A stretch of 64,000 bases of DNA from Escherichia coli (GTDB taxonomy: Bacteria; Pseudomonadota; Gammaproteobacteria; Enterobacterales; Enterobacteriaceae): the NCBI RefSeq assembly GCF_024502345.1, contig NZ_JALDNN010000001.1, one strand, 5' to 3'. The position numbers and the translations under genes were made by a program. Shown here piece by piece: positions 1 to 12,484 of the stretch (position 1 is its first letter; each line of letters opens with the position of its first letter). The notes under the pieces were generated by a model. That model saw nothing but the letters and a program-made list of their open reading frames with translations. It had not been told where the DNA came from and did no database searches.

Positions 1-968
1 TCAAGTAACACGCCCTCTTGCTGCCCGCCCCGATGCGGCCACCAGTACGATCCTGACTGGCTTAATACACAGCCAAAGCGTTCAGGCCAGTGCAGTCCTG
101 CATACAGCGCGGAAAGTCCACCAAAACTCTGCCCGGCGACCACGGTGCGATCGGCGCGATCGCTAAAAGGGGCAATAGCTTTCACCAGGGGTAATAACTC
201 TTGCTGTACTGCGAGCCAGAAATCCGCATTACACGGCAGTTCGTGGGCGCGGTGCGTGGTGTCGATAGCGTCGATCAACACATATACGGCGGGAGGAAGT
301 TGCTGACGATGGGTCAGCGAAGTCAGCACAGGCCAGACGGGCATACTTTGCGCCCAAAATTCGCCATCGAGCAAAACTGCCAGCGGGCGTTCTTCTGCTG
401 TTACATCGCCGGTGGTAAAAATCCATACACGACGTGAATTTTTCAACCGTTCACTTTTCCAGATAATTTCTTTGGCTGGTATTTCTGGCGCTTGCGGACA
501 ATCCCATCCCGGTTGCAGAGGCGCTTGCGGCATTTCGAGTGCAGAAACAGCGTGCCCTCGCCCGCCTTTCCAGCTTTGTGGATTCAGCGGATCGGCTATT
601 GCCTGGGGTAATAGTTTTCGCCAGCCTTCACGTAATTCGAGGCGATCGGGGGATGGTGCAGAAAAAATGTCATCGCGTTCGGTGGGAATAAAGCAGTAGC
701 TGCCGCGCCAGTTGGCATTGAGTTGTGTCGTCCACTGCCAGACATCAGTACCTGCAATTCGCTGCATCGACTGGGGCTGGCTGTTCTGATGATGATCGGT
801 CACACCAGTGATGTAGACCCATACACGCTTTATCGTCGAGTATTCTTCAGAACCTTGGGGATCACGCCACCAGAAAGTGACCTCAAACATTTCGTCATTC
901 AGACGCTGCCATTCCGGGCCATGTTTCGACTGCCACCAGCTCTCACTTCCTACTTTTAACGCCGTCAC
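1..968 (-). CDS. fes: Enterochelin esterase Fes, 5' portion (3' end lies beyond window start)
   Basis: Minus-strand translation reads MTALKVGSESWWQSKHGPEWQRLNDEMFEVTFWWRDPQG... and ...GGLSALYAGLHWPERFGCVLSQSGSYWWPHRGGQQEGVLL at the window edge; apparent GTG start at 966-968; divergent from fepA. Confidence 0.85.
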   Translation of the reverse strand, partial: MTALKVGSESWWQSKHGPEWQRLNDEMFEVTFWWRDPQGSEEYSTIKRVWVYITGVTDHHQNSQPQSMQRIAGTDVWQWTTQLNANWRGSYCFIPTERDDIFSAPSPDRLELREGWRKLLPQAIADPLNPQSWKGGRGHAVSALEMPQAPLQPGWDCPQAPEIPAKEIIWKSERLKNSRRVWIFTTGDVTAEERPLAVLLDGEFWAQSMPVWPVLTSLTHRQQLPPAVYVLIDAIDTTHRAHELPCNADFWLAVQQELLPLVKAIAPFSDRADRTVVAGQSFGGLSALYAGLHWPERFGCVLSQSGSYWWPHRGGQQEGVLL

Positions 969-1020
969 ACCATAACCCCATGTTTACTGTGCAATTTTTC
1001 ATTGATTGCAGAAATATATT

Positions 1021-1042
1021 GATAATATTATTGATAACTATT
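1021..1042. promoter_or_regulatory. Fur-box-like iron regulatory site in the fes-fepA divergent promoter region
   Basis: gataatattattgataactatt resembles the GATAATGATAATCATTATC Fur consensus; lies between divergent iron-uptake genes. Confidence 0.55.
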
Positions 1043-1210
1043 TACATTTGCAATAGCGTAATGGCGCGCCGTGGGAAGCGCGGACATTAATTAACCAACT
1101 GCACTGCGTGTCTTTCAGGATCAAAGGTTTTCGCGGTAGCGGGATGCGTCGTGTTGATGACGACCATGCCCGACAGTTGCAATTCGTGGCAAAAATGCAG
1201 GAATAAAACA

Positions 1211-3451
1211 ATGAACAAGAAGATTCATTCCCTGGCCTTGTTGGTCAATCTGGGGATTTATGGGGTAGCGCAGGCACAAGAGCCGACCGATACTCCTGTT
1301 TCACATGACGATACTATTGTCGTTACCGCCGCCGAGCAGAACTTACAGGCGCCTGGCGTTTCGACCATCACCGCAGATGAAATCCGCAAAAACCCCGTTG
1401 CCCGCGATGTGTCGGAGATCATCCGTACCATGCCAGGCGTTAACCTGACCGGTAACTCCACCAGTGGTCAGCGTGGGAATAACCGACAGATTGATATTCG
1501 CGGTATGGGTCCGGAAAACACGCTGATTTTGATTGACGGCAAGCCGGTAAGCAGCCGTAACTCGGTGCGTCAGGGCTGGCGTGGCGAGCGCGATACCCGT
1601 GGTGATACCTCCTGGGTGCCACCTGAAATGATTGAACGTATTGAAGTTCTGCGTGGTCCGGCAGCTGCGCGTTATGGCAACGGCGCGGCGGGCGGCGTGG
1701 TTAACATCATTACCAAAAAAGGCAGCGGCGAGTGGCACGGCTCCTGGGACGCATATTTCAATGCGCCAGAACATAAAGAGGAAGGTGCCACCAAACGCAC
1801 TAACTTTAGCCTGACCGGTCCGCTGGGCGACGAATTCAGCTTCCGCTTGTATGGCAACCTCGACAAAACCCAGGCTGACGCGTGGGATATCAACCAGGGT
1901 CATCAGTCCGCGCGTGCCGGAACGTATGCCACGACGTTACCAGCCGGGCGCGAAGGGGTGATCAACAAAGATATTAATGGCGTGGTGCGCTGGGACTTCG
2001 CACCATTGCAATCGCTGGAACTGGAAGCGGGTTACAGCCGCCAGGGTAACCTGTATGCGGGCGATACCCAGAACACCAACTCTGACGCTTACACTCGCTC
2101 GAAATATGGCGATGAAACCAACCGTCTGTATCGCCAGAACTACTCGCTGACCTGGAACGGCGGCTGGGATAACGGCGTGACCACCAGCAACTGGGTGCAG
2201 TACGAACACACCCGTAACTCGCGTATTCCGGAAGGTCTGGCGGGCGGTACCGAAGGGAAATTTAACGAAAAAGCGACACAGGATTTCGTCGATATCGATC
2301 TTGATGACGTGATGCTGCACAGCGAAGTTAACCTGCCGATTGATTTCCTCGTTAACCAAACGCTGACGCTGGGTACGGAGTGGAATCAGCAACGGATGAA
2401 GGACTTAAGTTCCAACACCCAGGCACTGACCGGAACGAATACCGGTGGCGCTATTGATGGCGTGAGTGCCACCGATCGTAGCCCGTATTCAAAAGCAGAA
2501 ATTTTCTCGCTGTTTGCCGAAAACAACATGGAGCTGACTGACAGCACCATCGTAACGCCGGGGCTGCGTTTCGATCATCACAGTATTGTCGGCAATAACT
2601 GGAGCCCGGCGCTGAACATATCGCAAGGTTTAGGCGATGACTTCACGCTCAAAATGGGCATTGCCCGTGCTTATAAAGCGCCGAGCCTGTACCAGACTAA
2701 CCCTAACTATATCCTCTATAGTAAAGGCCAGGGCTGCTATGCCAGCGCGGGCGGCTGCTATCTGCAAGGTAACGATGACCTGAAAGCAGAAACCAGCATC
2801 AACAAGGAGATTGGTCTGGAGTTCAAACGCGACGGTTGGCTGGCGGGTGTGACCTGGTTCCGCAACGATTATCGCAATAAGATTGAAGCAGGCTATGTTG
2901 CTGTAGGGCAAAACGCAGTCGGCACCGATCTCTATCAGTGGGATAACGTGCCGAAAGCGGTGGTTGAAGGTCTGGAAGGATCGTTAAACGTACCGGTTAG
3001 CGAAACGGTGATGTGGACTAATAACATCACTTATATGCTGAAGAGTGAAAACAAAACCACGGGCGACCGTTTGTCGATCATCCCGGAGTATACGTTGAAC
3101 TCAACGCTGAGCTGGCAGGCACGAGAAGATTTGTCGATGCAAACGACCTTCACCTGGTACGGTAAGCAGCAGCCGAAGAAGTACAACTATAAAGGTCAGC
3201 CAGCGGTTGGACCGGAAACCAAAGAAATTAGTCCTTACAGCATTGTTGGGCTGAGCGCGACGTGGGATGTGACGAAGAATGTCAGTCTGACCGGCGGCGT
3301 GGACAATCTGTTCGACAAACGTTTGTGGCGTGCGGGTAATGCCCAGACCACGGGCGATTTGGCAGGGGCCAACTATATCGCCGGTGCCGGGGCGTATACC
3401 TATAACGAGCCGGGACGTACGTGGTATATGAGCGTAAACACTCACTTCTGA
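1211..3451 (+). CDS. fepA: Ferric enterobactin outer membrane receptor FepA (TonB-dependent)
   Basis: ORF 1151..3451; start set at MNKKIHSLALLVNLGIYGVAQA signal peptide (746 aa); TonB box and C-terminal F typical of TBDT. Confidence 0.95.
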   Translation: MNKKIHSLALLVNLGIYGVAQAQEPTDTPVSHDDTIVVTAAEQNLQAPGVSTITADEIRKNPVARDVSEIIRTMPGVNLTGNSTSGQRGNNRQIDIRGMGPENTLILIDGKPVSSRNSVRQGWRGERDTRGDTSWVPPEMIERIEVLRGPAAARYGNGAAGGVVNIITKKGSGEWHGSWDAYFNAPEHKEEGATKRTNFSLTGPLGDEFSFRLYGNLDKTQADAWDINQGHQSARAGTYATTLPAGREGVINKDINGVVRWDFAPLQSLELEAGYSRQGNLYAGDTQNTNSDAYTRSKYGDETNRLYRQNYSLTWNGGWDNGVTTSNWVQYEHTRNSRIPEGLAGGTEGKFNEKATQDFVDIDLDDVMLHSEVNLPIDFLVNQTLTLGTEWNQQRMKDLSSNTQALTGTNTGGAIDGVSATDRSPYSKAEIFSLFAENNMELTDSTIVTPGLRFDHHSIVGNNWSPALNISQGLGDDFTLKMGIARAYKAPSLYQTNPNYILYSKGQGCYASAGGCYLQGNDDLKAETSINKEIGLEFKRDGWLAGVTWFRNDYRNKIEAGYVAVGQNAVGTDLYQWDNVPKAVVEGLEGSLNVPVSETVMWTNNITYMLKSENKTTGDRLSIIPEYTLNSTLSWQAREDLSMQTTFTWYGKQQPKKYNYKGQPAVGPETKEISPYSIVGLSATWDVTKNVSLTGGVDNLFDKRLWRAGNAQTTGDLAGANYIAGAGAYTYNEPGRTWYMSVNTHF

Positions 3452-3487
3452 TGCTAACGTCAGATTGTTGACAAAGTGCGCGTCGTT

Positions 3488-3590
3488 CATGCCGGATGCG
3501 GCGTGAACGCCTTATCCGGCCTACAAAAATCTTGCCAATTCAATATATTGCAGGACCATGTAGGCCTGATAAGCGTAGCGCATCAGGCAG
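3488..3590. repeat. BIME (pair of inverted REP elements) between fepA and entD
   Basis: gccggatgcggcgtgaacgccttatccggcctac and gtaggcctgataagcgtagcgcatcaggc REP-type palindromes. Confidence 0.8.
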
Positions 3591-3616
3591 TTTTGCGTTT
3601 GTCATCAGTCTCGAAT

Positions 3617-4246
3617 ATGGTCGATATGAAAACTACGCATACCTCCCTCCCCTTTGCCGGACATACGCTGCATTTTGTTGAGTTCGATCCGGCGAATTTT
3701 TGTGAGCAGGATTTACTCTGGCTGCCGCACTACGCACAACTGCAACACGCTGGACGTAAACGTAAAACAGAGCATTTAGCCGGACGGATCGCTGCTGTTT
3801 ATGCCTTGCGGGAATATGGCTATAAATGTGTGCCCGCAATCGGCGAGCTACGCCAACCGGTGTGGCCTGCGGAGGTATACGGCAGTATTAGCCACTGCGG
3901 GGCTACGGCATTGGCCGTGGTTTCCCGTCAACCGATTGGCGTTGATATCGAAGAAATTTTTTCTGCGCAAACAGCGACCGAATTGACAGACAACATTATT
4001 ACACCAGCAGAACACGAGCGACTCGCAGACTGCGGTTTAGCCTTTTCTCTGGCGCTGACACTGGCATTTTCCGCCAAAGAGAGCGCATTTAAGGCAAGTG
4101 AGATCCAAACTGATGCAGGTTTTCTGGACTATCAGATAATTAGCTGGAATAAACAGCAGGTCATCATTCATCGTGAGAATGAGATGTTTGCTGTGCACTG
4201 GCAGATAAAAGAAAAAATAGTCATAACTCTGTGCCAACACGATTAA
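3617..4246 (+). CDS. entD: Enterobactin synthase phosphopantetheinyl transferase EntD
   Basis: ORF 3476..4246; MVDMKTTHTSLPFAGHTLHFVEF... ; upstream part of the ORF is REP sequence so start placed at 3617 (alternative 3626). Confidence 0.9.
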   Translation: MVDMKTTHTSLPFAGHTLHFVEFDPANFCEQDLLWLPHYAQLQHAGRKRKTEHLAGRIAAVYALREYGYKCVPAIGELRQPVWPAEVYGSISHCGATALAVVSRQPIGVDIEEIFSAQTATELTDNIITPAEHERLADCGLAFSLALTLAFSAKESAFKASEIQTDAGFLDYQIISWNKQQVIIHRENEMFAVHWQIKEKIVITLCQHD

Positions 4247-4260
4247 TTGACAACATCTGG

Positions 4261-4770
4261 TACGATTCGCCCGCAGCCATCACTGACTGCGGGCGAAAGT
4301 GTAAAGCAGGTGCCTTACCACTCTGACCTGACAACCGGATATGCGGGGATTGCTCCCCGCACAACGGCTACTTCTTCGGTTCGTAAGCGAGAACAGCCTT
4401 AAACTCAATATTACGTTCCTTTACGGTGAACTCACACAGCGAGTCTCCGACCAGAAGCGTAAATCCCAGCACCGTCAAACACAGCACTATGACTGCCACA
4501 AGGGCATATTTCGTCAGCATGTTTATATTGCCTCCATGCGAAGAAGGGACTACCATCCGAGTTGTTCAGGTTCGGAGTGGCAGCCCCAGGATTGATAGAA
4601 ATATCTCCTGGGGCTTCATCTTTCCAAACCTCAGAGTTAACCTGAAACCGGAAAGCTTCAGGCACCCGCCGTTATCTTACCCTTCCTTAGCAAAATAGCT
4701 GTTTATTTATACAGTGAATCCTGTTTCGGACTTCTGTCGGCAAAACTCATCATTGCTCTTAAAACGAAAC
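4261..4770 (-). other. Intact hok/sok-type type I toxin-antitoxin locus (copy A), tandem to the IS186-split copy
   Basis: ~510-bp unit with near-identical direct repeat starting again at 4772; contains hok ORF, overlapping upstream mok-like frame, and 3' region. Confidence 0.7.
4368..4520 (-). CDS. Hok-family membrane toxin (50 aa), copy A
   Basis: [50 protein letters not shown] within ORF 4368..4556. Confidence 0.85.
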   Translation of the reverse strand: MLTKYALVAVIVLCLTVLGFTLLVGDSLCEFTVKERNIEFKAVLAYEPKK

Positions 4771-4859
4771 CGCCCGCAGCCATCACTGACCGCGGGCGAA
4801 AGTGTAAAGCAGGTGCCTTACCATCCTGACCTGACAACCGGATATGCGGGGATTACTCC

Positions 4860-6198
4860 CATAAGCGCTAACTTAAGGGTTGAACCATCTGAAGAATGCG
4901 ACGCCTCGGTGCCTCGTTAAGACGATGCCTCGCGTTCTTCAATTGCGTTTTGTAGGCTGTCAGGGATACTGTCCCACGAATGGCCACCTGTAAGCTCCAG
5001 ATGACCATTTTTGTTATTCTCCACAACGAGTTAGTTCTTCTTTTCGGATCCGGCACTTCTGGGGGGGAAATCCAGCGATGGCTGGATTATGTCGTCAATT
5101 AAAAATGCGGCGAGTAGATTAGCAAATATCCACGCTTTCGCGAGTTCAGGTTCCTTTGCACGCAAAGCATCCAGGTGCAGCAAACTTTTGAGCCGCTTAA
5201 AAGCCAGTTCAATTTGCCATCGCAGACGGTAACAATCAGCCACTTGCTCTGCTGAATATTCATCTTCCGGTAATGATGTTAGCAATAGCACATGGCCCGC
5301 TGCTTCCAGCGTTTCCGCCTGAACTACTCGTCCTTTTCGACGATTCTCGCTGAGCAGTCGGGTTTTACTGATTAATGCTTTTTCGGGAGGAAGTGATACG
5401 GCAATGAGACGTGCCGGAAAGGGAGCTCCGGCTTTTTTATTACCTGAATTGCCTATCATTACAGTGGTTTCACCGTTCTTACCGCAATCCAGCCCGCGCA
5501 GAAAACCCATCATGTCAAAGCGCATTCCTTCTGCAGTTAACCAGCGCAATCCTCGCCAGTGAACCCGGACGATATAATCAGCTTCTCCAAAAGCAAGTGA
5601 GCGGATACATTCGGGACGCGAACCGAATCCCCGGTCAGCAATGCGTATCTCGTCTGCCGTTTGCGCAAATCGGTCCAGCCGTTCAGCGTCTCTGCTGTCG
5701 GTTAGCTCAAAATCAGTGAACTGACAGGTATGAGGATCATATCCCATATGTAGTCGCCATTCAGCGCTGCCGCCCCCGGGCGCACTGATTGCTGTTCCAT
5801 CGACAAGACGCAATCTCTTTCCGCTTGTACAACCCGTAACTGCGGCGCGCACAGCAAGTGTTTGTGCGGCAAGTATGCCAAACCAGTCGGCGGCATTCCG
5901 CAGCCGCTTCAGGAGAGCCACGTCAGATAATGTTGCAACGTCATGGAGCTGAGCCCATGCAGTGACTTCACGTAATGACATCCCCCCGGGGCCGTAAGCC
6001 AGCCCCAGACGTAGCAGAGTTGCAGCATCACGAATTTCGCGGCGGCGGGTTAGAGCCCCGGCATTACGTGCCGAAGTATCCAGTTCTTCGGGCTTACCAA
6101 TATGGGCCAGAATTGCTGACCAGTTATCGTGAGAGTAATTCATCGGCACGTTAAATCATATCAGGCGTAATACCACAACCCTTAAGTTAGCGCTTATG
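4860..6198 (-). mobile_element. IS186 insertion sequence
   Basis: Ends cataagcgctaacttaagggttg... and inverted copy at 6176-6198; 10-bp target duplication ggattactcc at 4850-4859 and 6199-6208; target reconstructs to GGGGATTACTCCCC (G4-N6-C4). Confidence 0.9.
5031..6143 (-). CDS. insL: IS186 transposase InsL
   Basis: ORF 5031..6149, MNYSHDNWSAILAHIGKPEELDTSARNAG... (IS4-family DDE transposase). Confidence 0.9.
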   Translation of the reverse strand: MNYSHDNWSAILAHIGKPEELDTSARNAGALTRRREIRDAATLLRLGLAYGPGGMSLREVTAWAQLHDVATLSDVALLKRLRNAADWFGILAAQTLAVRAAVTGCTSGKRLRLVDGTAISAPGGGSAEWRLHMGYDPHTCQFTDFELTDSRDAERLDRFAQTADEIRIADRGFGSRPECIRSLAFGEADYIVRVHWRGLRWLTAEGMRFDMMGFLRGLDCGKNGETTVMIGNSGNKKAGAPFPARLIAVSLPPEKALISKTRLLSENRRKGRVVQAETLEAAGHVLLLTSLPEDEYSAEQVADCYRLRWQIELAFKRLKSLLHLDALRAKEPELAKAWIFANLLAAFLIDDIIQPSLDFPPRSAGSEKKN

Positions 6199-6219
6199 GG
6201 ATTACTCCCCGCACAACGG

Positions 6220-6372
6220 CTACTTCTTCGGTTCGTAAGCGAGAACAGCCCTGAACTCAATATTACGTTCCTTCACCGTAAACTCACACAGCGAGTCTCC
6301 GACCAGAAGCGTAAATCCCAGTACCGTCAAACACAGCACTATGACTGCCACAAGGGCATATTTCGTCAGCAT
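6220..6372 (-). CDS. hokE: Hok-family membrane toxin HokE (copy B, locus split by IS186 21 bp downstream of the stop)
   Basis: [50 protein letters not shown]; one aa difference (K/R) from copy A. Confidence 0.85.
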   Translation of the reverse strand: MLTKYALVAVIVLCLTVLGFTLLVGDSLCEFTVKERNIEFRAVLAYEPKK

Positions 6373-6812
6373 GTTTATATTGCCTCCATGCGAAGAAGGA
6401 ACTACCATCCAAATTGTCTGGTTTGGAGTGGCAGCCCCAGGGTTGATAGAAATATCTCCTGGGGCTTCATCTTTCCAGACCTCAGAGTAAACCTGAAACC
6501 GGAAAGCTTCAGGCACCCGCCGTTATCTTACCCTTCCTCAACAAAATAGCTGTTTATTTATACAGTAAATCCTGTTTCGGACTTCTCACTCCTCATTTAA
6601 TCAACTGAAGCTGAGCCCGTTTTTTCTGCATGCCTCAATCGTCAAAATTCTTCGCCACCAGCCAGCCGTGCCATAACTTGTCACATTGCAAAAGTAGCCA
6701 AATTGCTTCAGGCACCATCAGTTCACCATCACCAAAAAAAGAAACATTCCAGAACTTCCGCATCTCGCCCAGCCGCTCCGACTTCTATACTGAATAGAAA
6801 ACGCCAACATAA

Positions 6813-7940
<1,128 letters not shown>

Positions 7941-8005
7941 GCCTGGAATTGCCTTACAGAAGAATATCCCTGACAATGGTGTTTTAACTTACATTTAACA
8001 ATGTT

Positions 8006-8254
8006 ATGAAACACCCTTTAGAAACCTTGACCACCGCAGCAGGCATTTTGCTGATGGCTTTCCTCTCTTGCCTGCTGCTTCCCGCCCCCGCACTGGGGCT
8101 GACGCTGGCACAAAAACTGGTGACCACGTTCCATCTGATGGATCTTAGTCAGCTTTACACTTTATTGTTTTGTCTGTGGTTTTTAGTGCTGGGCGCTATT
8201 GAGTATTTTGTTCTGCGCTTTATCTGGCGACGCTGGTTCTCGCTGGCGGATTAA
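8006..8254 (+). CDS. ybdJ: Small inner membrane protein YbdJ
   Basis: 82-aa ORF with two hydrophobic helices, [25 protein letters not shown]... Confidence 0.8.
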
Positions 8255-8318
8255 ACGTCGATTATCGCCGTACTTCGCGGCATACTTTGCTTATTCTCCT
8301 TCGCCTAAAGGAACGTTT

Positions 8319-8687
8319 ATGGATAAGCAATCACTGCACGAAACGGCGAAACGCCTGGCCCTTGAGTTACCCTTTGTCGAGCTTTGCTGGCCTTTTGGCC
8401 CGGAGTTCGATGTTTTTAAAATTGGCGGCAAGATTTTTATGCTGTCGTCGGAGCTACGCGGCGTCCCCTTTATCAATCTGAAGTCCGATCCACAAAAATC
8501 CCTGTTAAATCAGCAAATATACCCAAGCATTAAGCCAGGGTATCACATGAATAAAAAGCACTGGATTTCGGTGTATCCCGGCGAGGAAATCTCCGAAGCG
8601 TTACTTCGCGATCTGATCAACGATTCGTGGAATCTGGTGGTTGATGGTCTGGCTAAACGCGATCAAAAAAGAGTGCGTCCAGGCTAA
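8319..8687 (+). CDS. ybdF: Uncharacterised protein YbdF
   Basis: Start set at [19 protein letters not shown] within ORF 8199..8687 (122 aa). Confidence 0.8.
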
Positions 8688-8780
8688 AGCGGAAATCTAT
8701 AGCGCATTTTTCTCGCTTACCATTTCTCGTTGAACCTTGTAATCTGCTGGCACGCAAAATTACTTTCACATGGAGTCTTT

Positions 8781-9434
8781 ATGGATATCATTTCTGTCGC
8801 CTTAAAGCGTCATTCCACTAAGGCATTTGATGCCAGCAAAAAACTTACCCCTGAACAGGCCGAGCAGATCAAAACTCTCCTGCAATACAGCCCATCCAGC
8901 ACCAACTCCCAGCCGTGGCATTTTATTGTTGCCAGCACGGAAGAAGGTAAAGCGCGTGTTGCCAAATCCGCTGCCGGTAATTATGTGTTCAACGAACGTA
9001 AAATACTTGATGCCTCGCACGTCGTGGTGTTCTGTGCAAAAACCGCGATGGACGATGCCTGGCTGAAGCTGGTTGTTGACCAGGAAGATGCTGATGGCCG
9101 CTTTGCCACGCCGGAAGCGAAAGCCGCGAACGATAAAGGTCGCAAGTTCTTCGCTGATATGCACCGTAAAGATCTGCATGATGATGCAGAGTGGATGGCA
9201 AAACAGGTTTATCTCAACGTCGGTAACTTCCTGCTCGGCGTGGCGGCTCTGGGTCTGGACGCGGTACCCATCGAAGGTTTTGACGCCGCCGTCCTCGATG
9301 CAGAATTTGGTCTGAAAGAGAAAGGCTACACCAGTCTGGTGGTTGTTCCGGTAGGTCATCACAGCGTTGAAGATTTTAACGCTACGCTGCCGAAATCTCG
9401 TCTGCCGCAAAACATCACCTTAACCGAAGTGTAA
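8781..9434 (+). CDS. nfsB: Oxygen-insensitive NAD(P)H nitroreductase NfsB
   Basis: Start at [17 protein letters not shown] within ORF 8730..9434 (217 aa). Confidence 0.92.
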   Translation: MDIISVALKRHSTKAFDASKKLTPEQAEQIKTLLQYSPSSTNSQPWHFIVASTEEGKARVAKSAAGNYVFNERKILDASHVVVFCAKTAMDDAWLKLVVDQEDADGRFATPEAKAANDKGRKFFADMHRKDLHDDAEWMAKQVYLNVGNFLLGVAALGLDAVPIEGFDAAVLDAEFGLKEKGYTSLVVVPVGHHSVEDFNATLPKSRLPQNITLTEV

Positions 9435-9493
9435 TTCTCCTGACAGCCGGGCCCCCATCCCGGCTCAGATTGCTGACAAAGTGCGCTTTGTTT

Positions 9494-9582
9494 ATGCCGG
9501 ATGCGGCGTGACCGCCTTATCCTGCCTACAAGTTCGTGCCAATTCATTCAGGTAGGCATGATAAGCGTAGCGCATCAGGCAA
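9494..9582. repeat. BIME (REP pair) between nfsB and ybdG
   Basis: gccggatgcggcgtgaccgccttatcctgcctac and gtaggcatgataagcgtagcgcatcaggc; flanking sequence similar to the fepA-entD BIME. Confidence 0.8.
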
Positions 9583-9643
9583 TTTTGTATTTGCCATCAG
9601 CCCTCGCAGGAAATCCCCCCTCAGATTCTCCTGATTTGCATAA

Positions 9644-10939
<1,296 letters not shown>

Positions 10940-10942
10940 TTA

Positions 10943-10990
10943 AAAAAACCGCTCTCATCGAATGGATGAGAGCGGACATCGTTTTGTCGG
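10943..10990. terminator. Bidirectional rho-independent terminator between convergent ybdG and pheP
   Basis: Hairpin ccgctctcatc-gaatg-gatgagagcgg flanked by A-run and T-rich tract. Confidence 0.7.
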
Positions 10991-11006
10991 ATGTAGCGTG
11001 AATGCC

Positions 11007-12383
11007 TTATTTCCGACGCAGCGTTTTAAATGCCACAAACAGGAATACAATCCACACCGGCAGCAGGATCGCTGACAAGCGCATATCATCCATCGTGCAC
11101 ATCAGCAGCAAAATCATGCCGAGGAAGGCAATGCAGAGATAGTTTCCGAACGGATAGAGCAGCGCCTTAAACTGTGTTTCACGCCCCTGACGTCGCATCG
11201 CTGCACGAAAACGCAGATGCGCCAGACAGATCATAATCCAGTTCAACAGCAGCGTTGCTACCACCAGCGCCATCAGCAGACCAAACGCTTTTTGCGGCAG
11301 CAGATAGTTGATTAACACCACCAGCGAAGTGATCGCTCCGGAAAGCATCAGCGAGTTAATCGGCACACCGCGACGGCTGACGCGAGTCAAAAACTTCGGC
11401 GCATTACCCTGCACAGAAAGGCCAAACAGCATGCGGCTGTTAGAGTAAACCCCGCTGTTATACACTGACAGCGATGCTACTAGTATGACGAAGTTCAGCG
11501 CAGAAGCTACCACGTTGCTGTCGAGATTATGGAAAATCATCACAAACGGGCTACTGTTGGATTTCACTTCCACCCACGGATAGAGCGCCAGTAAAACCAC
11601 CAGTGAACCGATGTAAAACAGCAGGATGCGATACACCACCTGATTTACCGCTTTTGGAATGCTTTTTTCCGGATCGCGCGCTTCAGCGGCAGTAATCCCA
11701 ATCAGCTCCAGACCGCCGAAGGAGAACATAATTACCGCCAGCGACAAAATCAGCCCATTCCAGCCGGTGGCGAAGAAACCACCGTAGCGCCAGAGGTTGT
11801 CGATACTGGCTTTCTCGCCGCCGTGACCAGAAAACAGCAGCCACAGGCCAAAGCCGATCATACCGATGATTGCCAGCACTTTAATCAGCGCAAACCAGAA
11901 CTCGGTTTCGCCATATAAGCGCACGTTCACCAGGTTAACGGCGTTGATGATAATAAAGAAGGCGGCAGCCCAAATCCACGTTGGAACATCCGGGAACCAG
12001 TACTGCATATAGATGCCCGCAGCGGTCAGCTCTGCCATTCCCACCAGCACGAACATCACCCAGTAGTTCCAGCCGGAGAGGAACCCGGCGAACGGTCCCC
12101 AGTATTTATAGGCAAAGTGGGCAAATGAACCGGATACCGGCTCCTCAACCACCATTTCGCCAAGCTGGCGCATAATCAGGAAAGCGATGATCCCGGCGAC
12201 GCCGTAGCCCAGCAATACAGCCGGACCCGCCATCTGAATCGCCGGGCCAATGCCAAGAAACAGACCAGTACCAATTGCGCCACCCAGCGCAATCAGTTGA
12301 ATATGACGGTTATGTAATCCGCGATGAAGCGTCGGCTCTTGATTCGACGCAGTATCTTCCGATACGGTTGACGCGTTTTTCAC
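11007..12383 (-). CDS. pheP: Phenylalanine-specific permease PheP (APC family)
   Basis: ORF 11007..12419; start at MKNASTVSEDTASNQEPTLHRGLHNRHIQLIALGG (458 aa). Confidence 0.92.
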   Translation of the reverse strand: MKNASTVSEDTASNQEPTLHRGLHNRHIQLIALGGAIGTGLFLGIGPAIQMAGPAVLLGYGVAGIIAFLIMRQLGEMVVEEPVSGSFAHFAYKYWGPFAGFLSGWNYWVMFVLVGMAELTAAGIYMQYWFPDVPTWIWAAAFFIIINAVNLVNVRLYGETEFWFALIKVLAIIGMIGFGLWLLFSGHGGEKASIDNLWRYGGFFATGWNGLILSLAVIMFSFGGLELIGITAAEARDPEKSIPKAVNQVVYRILLFYIGSLVVLLALYPWVEVKSNSSPFVMIFHNLDSNVVASALNFVILVASLSVYNSGVYSNSRMLFGLSVQGNAPKFLTRVSRRGVPINSLMLSGAITSLVVLINYLLPQKAFGLLMALVVATLLLNWIMICLAHLRFRAAMRRQGRETQFKALLYPFGNYLCIAFLGMILLLMCTMDDMRLSAILLPVWIVFLFVAFKTLRRK

Positions 12384-12484
12384 GCCTTTCCCCTGTGTGT
12401 CTTTTTTGTTGAGGGGCACCTTTTAACATTTAGTGCCCATCGTCGCAAGACACAATCCACACGGTTAAACGGGGTATCCTGCTT

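Noticed and set aside
201-959. Plus-strand ORFs 201..437, 412..699 and 723..959 at the window start
   Set aside because: The minus strand here encodes Fes in a continuous frame to the window edge; these are antisense artefacts. Fes is missing from the ORF track only because its stop lies outside the window.
1343-2392. Minus-strand ORFs of 186 and 151 aa inside fepA
   Set aside because: Antisense to a confidently identified TonB-dependent receptor gene; no independent support.
4261-6620. Possibility that the duplicated hok unit is an assembly or sequencing artefact
   Set aside because: The two copies differ at about 15 positions, including the IS186 target hexamer and a Hok codon, and diverge cleanly at their 3' ends, so they are distinct paralogous units rather than a collapsed or duplicated read.
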